Of a DNA stretch of 63,720 nucleotides, positions 25,840 to 34,100 are shown piece by piece. The stretch is from Bacteroidales bacterium. GTDB taxonomy: Bacteria; Bacteroidota; Bacteroidia; Bacteroidales; WCHB1-69. Below the pieces are notes generated by a model, which saw only the letters and a program-made list of their open reading frames with translations, was not told the DNA's origin and searched no databases. The translations under genes and the position numbers were made by a program. Position 1 is the first letter of the stretch. Every line of letters starts with the position of its first letter. The stretch is taken from NCBI GenBank assembly GCA_017964755.1, contig JAGCRI010000130.1:1-63720 (forward strand), given 5' to 3'.

Positions 25840-27515
25840 TAAATACCACCGCCGTTAATAGGAGCGAATTGTAATTCTTGCTCCATATTTTCGCGAGCTT
25901 CTTCTTTGATTCTTTCAAGTGCTTCTCTTGCTTGAACTTCAGTCTCACCAAAATACCACATTCGCACGTTAATCTTGCTTTCGAGACCTTTTTCCATAAG
26001 CGTCAAGCGTTTGGTTAACTCTTCATCAACATCGGAAATAATGCTGTCATCCCACTCAAAAGAAATTGTATATTGACCGATTCTGTTTGAATCAACTTCG
26101 CCGTTAATCATTTTAACATCGTTTACCATATTATAAAGAGTACAATACACGTCCATGCAGTAAACGACATCTCGCAGAGCTTTTTCCAACGCTTCCTGAA
26201 TATGGGCATTTGCAACGAAGGTTCTTTGTTTCAGAATCTTTAATTCTGTTGCTGTTCTTGCCTCTGCTGCAGGGTCAGACAAAGTACCTCTTGATAATGC
26301 GCAGGTATCTTCAATACGCATCAAGATTGTATTCAATCCACCAATAAAACTATTATCACGAAGTGCCGGAGCGAATGGCTGATATGTGTCCTCAGTGCCC
26401 AGGTCGAGCTTTCTAAACAATCTCCGCTGCTTCTGGAGCATTGATGTATGAGTTGTTCCGTCATGCAATTTTTTAGATTCAAGAGCATCAACATCAACAT
26501 CAAGTGCCATTTCACCAGCTTCATATTCCCAAAGTAATCTGGAATACTGATTGTCTGCGTCTTTGATCAAATCCACTGCACGACTAAATCCACTAACGCC
26601 AAGAGGACTATGCGGATCAATCGTATTAGCTTCTGGCATTTTAAAATAACCGAAAAGCAATCTATCAACATTTGTAATCTCTGTTTTCGGTTCCAAATCA
26701 GCCCACTCAGGAATAGAAGTAAGCTGAATCTCATCGCCTAAATCTGGAGACATTGCATTATTATCAGTTGTAGATGTGTTCTTCGTTCTATAGGCGGTGT
26801 TTGAAACAGTCACTTTGTCTTTTTCCAACTTGTGGTGTTCCAAGCGTGTATAAACGGTCTCTTTATCTACTTTGCGCTGGATAAAAGCGCATTCTGTCAG
26901 CTCTCCGCTGCTATTGAACGAAAGTGGATAGAAGCCATCTGCCTGAATAAAGTCAAATGCAAAACGACCTTTTACATCTGCTTCCTCATCATCAATAACT
27001 GGATAAGGCTTAATAACCAAACCACCCTTTGCAATGCCGTATTCAAGCTGAGTACAAATTTTAGCAAGCAATCCTTTTTGATACTGCTCATTCATAAATT
27101 CTGCTCTTTCAGCGCCACTAACCGGGGTCTGTTGAATAATCGTTTCCGGAACAGCAGATACCTGCACATTTCCCAATTCATCTTTCACAGGCTCTTTGTA
27201 TTCCGGGTTCGGAACAGCTTCCTCTTCCATAGGAACCGTGATTTCTGACTTCATCTCGATTGTAGCTGTTCTTGCTTTTTCGCTTGCAATCATAGAAGGC
27301 AATCCCAACGAAACAACTCTTGTCGGATCATGTTCCGTCGGTTCATGCAACCAAGGTGCTTGATTCGTGTAAAGTAGGCTCCACAAATCAATAGCATCGA
27401 TCATTCTATTTGAAATTGCTGGTGTAACATGAAGTACCTTTTCAATACTTTTTGCGCCAATCATTTTTTGCAACGCCTCCCTAATCTTTTGCCATAAAGA
27501 GGAAAATATGTTCAT
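25839..27515 (-). CDS. Portal protein
   Basis: 558 aa between the TerL and Mu F-like genes, with a start codon adjacent to the TerL stop. Confidence 0.7.
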   Translation of the reverse strand: MNIFSSLWQKIREALQKMIGAKSIEKVLHVTPAISNRMIDAIDLWSLLYTNQAPWLHEPTEHDPTRVVSLGLPSMIASEKARTATIEMKSEITVPMEEEAVPNPEYKEPVKDELGNVQVSAVPETIIQQTPVSGAERAEFMNEQYQKGLLAKICTQLEYGIAKGGLVIKPYPVIDDEEADVKGRFAFDFIQADGFYPLSFNSSGELTECAFIQRKVDKETVYTRLEHHKLEKDKVTVSNTAYRTKNTSTTDNNAMSPDLGDEIQLTSIPEWADLEPKTEITNVDRLLFGYFKMPEANTIDPHSPLGVSGFSRAVDLIKDADNQYSRLLWEYEAGEMALDVDVDALESKKLHDGTTHTSMLQKQRRLFRKLDLGTEDTYQPFAPALRDNSFIGGLNTILMRIEDTCALSRGTLSDPAAEARTATELKILKQRTFVANAHIQEALEKALRDVVYCMDVYCTLYNMVNDVKMINGEVDSNRIGQYTISFEWDDSIISDVDEELTKRLTLMEKGLESKINVRMWYFGETEVQAREALERIKEEARENMEQELQFAPINGGGI

Positions 27516-28799
27516 TTAAGCCCCTCTCCTCCTGTAATATTTCTCCATTGCATATCTAACAGCATCAATATGGTGGTTATTTGCATCTGGATAACCGCTA
27601 ATAATATTATTATCTTTATCTCTTTCATACTCATAATGAACGAATTCATCATAAGTTTCCGGGCATCTATGCTTATCTATATAAATATGGTTCAAAGATT
27701 GCAGCCATTTGTGACTGTAATTAACACTGTCCGGTCCTTTTTGCGCGCCTCTGATAAAAGCTCCATAAGAACGATAGTCTGCTATTGACTTTGGCTCTGC
27801 GCTATCTGCTGTGACTAATTCATCTAACGCAACGAGCTTTTTATCGTTGTAAAGCGTTTCAAAAGTTGATTGGTTGCTTTCTTTGTTTGCATGATATTCT
27901 TCAAAGATATATAAATCTCGCCTATTTGCATCGAAGTGCATTTTATTGAACGCAAATGGATCCGGGAACCAACCCCAGTCAATTCCACAGAAGATATTTG
28001 AAAATGTAGATAATAACGGAACTCGTCTATCACCTAAATCAATTTCCTTGCCCATATCAAGATGCTCAACATTTTCAAACACGTTGCCGCCCGTGCCAAC
28101 TGCCTTGCCCATGTATTCATGTTCATAGGCTCTTGGATTTATTTGTTTTAATTCTTCTGCTTCCTCAATAAACTGTTCTCCAAGCCACTCACGCGGAACA
28201 TCTAAATAAGTATTCCGAACGACAAGCGTGTTTTCTCGCTCTTCTGCTGTTTCGGCGTATTCATTCGCCCAGTTATTCATGCTTATTGGCGGGTTGAATG
28301 TTCTGAAGTCCCAGAACAATTCACCGCCACGCATTGTTGACTGAGTAACTGTTCGCAACTCGTTTTCGCCTGCGAACTGATCAAGCTCTTCAAACCACGT
28401 CACGCCAATATACCCAAACGGCAGCTTAATGGATTTGACTTTCATAGGATCATCCAAACCCATGAACATGATTCTTTGCCCTGTTGGTTTATATACAATA
28501 GGCGTTGAATATGTCTTTGGAATCTTGAATAAACTTTCCAGCCCTAATTGATAAATACCCCAAACAACCTGTGGAAAAATACTTGTTTGAATAGTATTTG
28601 CAACCTTGCGAAAACAAACAACATGAACATCAGGAAAAGCCATTAGCAATAACGGGATCGCTATTGTTACAAAGGAAGATTTTGTACTTCCGCGCCCGCC
28701 GGGAAAAAGATAGTGGGTATGACCGTGGTTTAAAATATCTTTTAATACGCCTTTATACATAGGGATGATTTGCTCATCTAACTTAATATTCACTTCCAT
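27516..28799 (-). CDS. terL: Terminase large subunit
   Basis: 427 aa with Walker A-like FPGGRGSTKSS and a C-terminal nuclease region (..DANNHHIDAVRYA). Confidence 0.8.
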   Translation of the reverse strand: MEVNIKLDEQIIPMYKGVLKDILNHGHTHYLFPGGRGSTKSSFVTIAIPLLLMAFPDVHVVCFRKVANTIQTSIFPQVVWGIYQLGLESLFKIPKTYSTPIVYKPTGQRIMFMGLDDPMKVKSIKLPFGYIGVTWFEELDQFAGENELRTVTQSTMRGGELFWDFRTFNPPISMNNWANEYAETAEERENTLVVRNTYLDVPREWLGEQFIEEAEELKQINPRAYEHEYMGKAVGTGGNVFENVEHLDMGKEIDLGDRRVPLLSTFSNIFCGIDWGWFPDPFAFNKMHFDANRRDLYIFEEYHANKESNQSTFETLYNDKKLVALDELVTADSAEPKSIADYRSYGAFIRGAQKGPDSVNYSHKWLQSLNHIYIDKHRCPETYDEFVHYEYERDKDNNIISGYPDANNHHIDAVRYAMEKYYRRRGA

Positions 28800-28823
28800 C
28801 AGAAATACCCACCGCTGGCTTGT

Positions 28824-29207
28824 TTATTCGTTGATGTCCATATCTTCTACTTCATCACTATAAAGATATGTAATAGTCGAATCTCTATTAAATGCGTCAC
28901 TAAATTCTGCAACACAAGATTCGATTAACATTTTAATCTCAAACTCTGAGATTGTAATACCGCGAGATGCAAGCATTTCAGTTGCAGCTTTAACGCATTC
29001 ATTGAATTTTTCTGTGCTTGTGGCTTCTTTAAATAGCTGTTCGGTTGCTTTAACACAAATTTCAATAACTTCTTTCTTTGTTTTTTCCATTTCTGACTTT
29101 TCAAGTCGCTGCTTCGCCTTAACTCCAAGATAACCAACAACCGCAGTTAATACAGTGCATAAAATGGGAAAAATAACAGTTGAAAGAAGTTCACCGAGTG
29201 TTTCCAT
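28824..29207 (-). CDS. Putative holin (single N-terminal TM helix, LL-H-like)
   Basis: ATG 29207 lies 6 nt after GAGGTG. METLGELLSTVIFPILCTVLTAVVGYLGV forms a TM helix. The gene is adjacent to the endolysin gene. Confidence 0.5.
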   Translation of the reverse strand: METLGELLSTVIFPILCTVLTAVVGYLGVKAKQRLEKSEMEKTKKEVIEICVKATEQLFKEATSTEKFNECVKAATEMLASRGITISEFEIKMLIESCVAEFSDAFNRDSTITYLYSDEVEDMDINE

Positions 29208-29220
29208 TTTAATCACCTCA

Positions 29221-29997
29221 TTAAACCTTCTTCAGATATTGCATGGACACCCAGCCCATACCGTCGATTTTGCCCCAATAGCCGCCATCGCGTTCACCGA
29301 TTTTGGTTTTTGAGATTTTTACTTGCGTTCCTCGCGTGATAACATCCACGATTTTTGCTTCTTTTGTCGTTCCGTTGCGGACATTCAGTGCATCACAGAT
29401 GACCTTATACGTTCCGGCTTTCGGCTTTTCTTGTGGAAGCGTCTTGAACTTCAGCCCCGCGCTGTTCACAACTTTTGTGAAGTTCGGGTCGATATAGAAA
29501 GCGTCTTCGGGCTTAATCGGACCGCCGGTTGTAACAAGAACCCATTTGCCCTTGCTATTCTTTTCCCAGCCAGTGCCAATAATAGAACCACGCCCGACCG
29601 CCATGTGGATATGATACCCGCTCGCGCCGTCATTACCCTCGCGGCAAATCTTTTCCCCGCGCTTAAACTTCTGACCGACCTTCAGCTTTTTCAGGTCGTC
29701 GTCGTTCGGATGGACGAGCTGCAGCGTGACGATAGATTCTCTCCCATCCGCAAGGCAGCACTTTGTCGAGCTCGTCAAGTAAAGTGCGTTTGTGCCTTTC
29801 GCGCCAACTCCAGTCAGTTTCACGACCTTCATCTCGTCGCAAGGACAATAGCACCAATCTCTACCAGTGTCTTTCCCGCCTTCATCAAGCGCGTACTCTT
29901 TCGGCGTGCCGGTCATGTGCGGTTTGTGGCTCGTCTCGCCGTCGTATCGCTGCGTGATTCGCATCGTCTTGAACGGATATGTCAAATAGTTCGGCAT
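29221..29997 (-). CDS. Endolysin: M23 (LytM-type) peptidase plus a C-terminal SH3b-like domain
   Basis: The pattern H..D ... GASGYHIHM is an M23 metal-site signature. The C-terminus YKVICDALNVRNG..GYWGKIDGMGWVSMQYL is SH3b-like. Confidence 0.65.
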   Translation of the reverse strand: MPNYLTYPFKTMRITQRYDGETSHKPHMTGTPKEYALDEGGKDTGRDWCYCPCDEMKVVKLTGVGAKGTNALYLTSSTKCCLADGRESIVTLQLVHPNDDDLKKLKVGQKFKRGEKICREGNDGASGYHIHMAVGRGSIIGTGWEKNSKGKWVLVTTGGPIKPEDAFYIDPNFTKVVNSAGLKFKTLPQEKPKAGTYKVICDALNVRNGTTKEAKIVDVITRGTQVKISKTKIGERDGGYWGKIDGMGWVSMQYLKKV

Positions 29998-30027
29998 TGA
30001 ATCACCTCTTCGTGTGTTTTTATATAG

Positions 30028-30055
30028 GGAGGACTCCGCGCTTATGAAGTCCTCC
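30028..30055. other. 8-bp GC-rich hairpin between the 30070..31107 gene and the endolysin gene
   Basis: GGAGGACT (30028-30035) pairs with AGTCCTCC (30048-30055). No clean U-run on the coding strand. Confidence 0.4.
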
Positions 30056-30069
30056 TGTGTTATGGTTGA

Positions 30070-31107
30070 TTAGCCGCCGGTTACTGTGATATAGTCGTTT
30101 TCTGCGCCCTGAAGCACGACAAATTGTCCGTTATATGGGATAGTGAGCTTATAAGTCGAACCATCCAAAACGATTCCACTCGGCACAATCTTCGTCGGTG
30201 CTCCTAATGTTCCGCTCAATACGACATTTTTGCCTGCGCCCATTGCCGCGTAAACTTCGCCAAATGTCTTGTCTCCGACAGAAGCAGAACCATCATCTGT
30301 CAGCGTCACGATAAGCGGTGCGTTGGAATCTACCCAAGCCAAAGAGCCGGAAGATACGCCAAGGACTTTGCCGTAGTTTTGTGGACCGTAACTCGGAACG
30401 CCTGTAACGTACTCTACTCTCTCTTCGCTAACAGCCCAAGCATCGTTGATGTTATCGCCCGGCACACAAGTTGCAACAATAATTTTTTTTACATTTTCAT
30501 CACCAACTGCACAACTGAATTGTGCAACATAGGCTTCCACGCCAGCAGCGATTTGTACCTTTTCGGAAATCGTCAAATCGAGATCAACTTCAAGCGGAAT
30601 GTTATACAACGTCGTTTGCATAGTCGCAACAACAATTTTTCCATCTTCTTTTGCTTCTGCAATTTCTTCTGCCGACTTGTCTGCTGTCCACACGGTTTCC
30701 GCGCCGCTGTCATCTTCCGTCAGCGTGACAACGAACTTTTCAGCACCGCTCGGTGCGTCTTTTGCCGTATAGTCACCAGAAGCGTCGAAGCCGATGAATT
30801 TACCAGCGTTCGCCACGCCTTCTTCCGGGAAGTTGGCAGGAAGACTGCCACCGGAACCGCCTTCTCCAGTCTCACTCTGACGCTTTGCATTTTCGTCAAT
30901 AGCCCACGTGGTTTTACCACCACTTCTCGTTGCCTTATAAACCACAGAAGAATTATAGGGCTCAAATAAATCTCCTGTTTCTGCATAGGCGGGTCTTTCG
31001 TCAATATTATTCGACGGATCATAGATGCCTCGATACAGTGTGAAATAACCGTATCCGCCTTTAGGCATTTTTACATTGTAAATTTTTTGTTTTTCGGACG
31101 TTACCAT
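30070..31107 (-). CDS. Hypothetical structural/fibre-associated protein
   Basis: 345-aa GC-rich ORF with RBS AGGGGG, immediately downstream of the giant fibre-like gene. Confidence 0.4.
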   Translation of the reverse strand: MVTSEKQKIYNVKMPKGGYGYFTLYRGIYDPSNNIDERPAYAETGDLFEPYNSSVVYKATRSGGKTTWAIDENAKRQSETGEGGSGGSLPANFPEEGVANAGKFIGFDASGDYTAKDAPSGAEKFVVTLTEDDSGAETVWTADKSAEEIAEAKEDGKIVVATMQTTLYNIPLEVDLDLTISEKVQIAAGVEAYVAQFSCAVGDENVKKIIVATCVPGDNINDAWAVSEERVEYVTGVPSYGPQNYGKVLGVSSGSLAWVDSNAPLIVTLTDDGSASVGDKTFGEVYAAMGAGKNVVLSGTLGAPTKIVPSGIVLDGSTYKLTIPYNGQFVVLQGAENDYITVTGG

Positions 31108-31134
31108 GGTATATACCCCCTAAAAAATTATTTG

Positions 31135-34100
31135 TTAGTTATTGGATGCGCCGAGACAGAAGCCGAGGGCTACGCCGTTCGATCGCGACGGTTGTGTAGT
31201 AGAACTCGAACCACTGGCATAACCACCGCTATCGGAAACACTCGCGAACCTGCTTTGATGCCGCGCCGAACGCAGCCACCACATATATGCTGTGTTGTTG
31301 TTGGCGCCTTTTTTGATTCTTGAACCTAAATTTGAATTATTAAACACCTTGTTATAAACTGTACCAACGGTCTCAGCGCCGAATTCCGCACCGAATATCT
31401 CTCTCGCCGACGGAATCCAAACGTCATCCGATGTTAATTCGTTCAAAACAATTTCTCCTGTTGTGTCGTAACCAACTGATGATTTTGTGACTTCAACAAT
31501 TCGGTTTCGTACGTTCTGCAAAATAAGAGGTTTGATCGTTTCTTTCAAGTAGCTTCTCATTGCGCACTTGTTCCAGCCGCCGATTGCTCCGGTTCCTTCG
31601 ATACGATAGCCTTGCTCGTCAGTGGATATGTCAGGATTCATGTGGTGGAACATAAGGTTATCACTAATCCACGTGATAGGAGCTGTACCATCTCCATTCG
31701 CCAAATCATCAGCGTCAAATGCAACGATTTGCATATTCAGAATGCCCCTTGAGCCAAAGTCAATTGGCTTATAATTACCAACCTTATATTTCGCTTTATA
31801 CGTTCCATTGTCGATTGCATCAAGAATGTCTTGCCAAGAATCCGTGATTTCTGCATACTCATAAACGGCTGTAAATTGAGCATAACAATTTGTTGTTCCA
31901 GTGATATTTGCGCCTGTCGGCTGGAAGGTTAAGAAATCACCGCCCTGTGGGTCAACAGGAGTTTCGCCTGTGTAAGTAGCTGTTCCACCATAAGGTACGT
32001 TGTTGACCGTTTGCAGCAATGTTGAGCCGTTATAGAAATAAACTGTATATGTTCTCACTGTCTGCGTAAACTGCGCATACAGTCTGCGGTTTTCAGTGAC
32101 ATTCGTCAAGCTGCCGCTCCAACCGCTGAACGTGTATGTGTACTGTGCGGTTTGCTCTTTCGTCGGGTTCGTAGACGGAGCCGTCGCATCGCTTCCGTGC
32201 TGAACAACCTGCGTGTCAAGCAGTGTGTTGTCGTTATAGAACGAGACTACATGAATCGGTACACCGCCTGAAACAACTTCAAGTTCCGGGAAGTTTTCGT
32301 TGATGTCAAGCAGAAGTTCTTCTGTGATTTCGCTAACATCAACGGAGCCAGTGACCACAGCCTTTGCCGTGTTGTTGCCAAGCGCGTCCATACCGATACA
32401 CGCTTTCAGCTTATCAATGGTGCTTTCGAGCGTCAATGCACTTGTCGCTGTCCACTCAACACCGATCAGACGGACACGGTTCAGCGCAACAGCGTCGTTC
32501 ACAATGTCCTCAATGTCAACGTTCGGCGTGTTCTCAATGTGCAGCGTTGTCAGTGAAGTCAGCCCTTCGTAAGTCAGCGTTGTCAGATTTTTCTGATTGA
32601 GAATCGTCAGATTCGTCAGCGTGGACGGATAATGAAGTTCATCGACATGACCGCCGTTCGGAAGTTCGATGCCGCCGAGCGCCGTACCCTGCGCATACAC
32701 CTTTTCCAAAGACGCGCATCCGCTGAAATCAACGCTTTTCTGAGTATCCGTACCAAGCGCCGAACAGTTCCGAAGGTCAATCGTTTTCAGCAGTTCGTTG
32801 TTGCCAACGTACAGTTCTTTGAGATTCGTGTTCTCGTAGTTCGCGTCAGAATCGCCGAGTTTCAGGCTTTGCAGCTTGGTTGCAGCGGCGAAGTTTGCAT
32901 AACCGACCTGCAAGCCACTGAGATCGCCGACGCTCTTGATTCTGTCCGCTGAATAGATGTACACTTCGGTGTCGTTCATCGCGTCCATCGGATTGACGAG
33001 CGTATAGGCAGTGTTTCGTTTGCCTCGCGTTGTCACCGTATACGAGCCGTATTTAATCGTCGGGTAGATGTTCGAGTACGGCGTGACCGTAATGTCGCCG
33101 AGCGCATAGCACCGGAGCGTGATATAGTTATTCAAAGCGTCTCCGGCATGGTACTTGCTGTCTCTGTACTTGAACGCATTGTACAGCCACCAGTCGCGCT
33201 GACTTTCCTTGCTGCCCTGCAACATGGACAGGTAGTTCTCGCCGTCAATCAGATAGGGCTTGAGATACTTCACAAAAGCGTCTTCGTTCCAGATCGCTTC
33301 TGGCCATACGCTTTGGTGCGCGTCGAACATCTGCTTGAGCACGGAATAGCTGAACGTGCCGCCGCTTCTCAGCGTTTGATACATTGACTTTAAATCGCTT
33401 CCGAACGCATCCCGGACGTTGCGCCACAGCACCGAGGTCTGCCCGTTGAACACGTTCGCGCCGCCTACCGTGTCTGTGTCCTCAAGGTCGTAATCGAAGC
33501 TCAGAACACCTTCGTTATTGATGCCGAGCGCCGTGTCAAAGTCATACGGCAACGGGAGCCAGTGCGTACCGTCGTAGGTCGTGAGGAACATGTTTTTCGC
33601 CCTGCTGTCGATCATAAGGAACACTTCGGTGAAGAGATAATAGAACAGGGTTGCGCTTTTAACAAAGTAGTCTTCAAACTCGCTTGTAAACTTTGCGAGT
33701 CTCGCAGCCTTGTCCTCCGCGTCCTGTACCGCGTCCCTATCGGTCGATACAATCCAGTCAGTGACACGCTTGAGCTGGGTATAGCTCTCGTTGTCTTCCG
33801 GATAACGGGCTTCAAAGTCATCCAGCCAGTTTCCGGTATAGTCGGAGACTTTCAGCAGACACCGGTTCGACGTGTTGTTTTTGAACTCCCAACTTTCCGC
33901 GTTCGGATAATCCGCTGTGAAGCCGAACACATTTGCCGTGGACTTGTCGTTATTAAAGTTGTACTTGCCGACGAAATGAACGTCGTTGTTGCTGTCTTTC
34001 CAGAACACGACGATCGGAATGCCGTCAATGCCCTGCCGCACTCTGTCGTCCTCCTGCTGCGGCGGTGTATGATACGGACAGTTCTGCTCGTAGCAGTCCA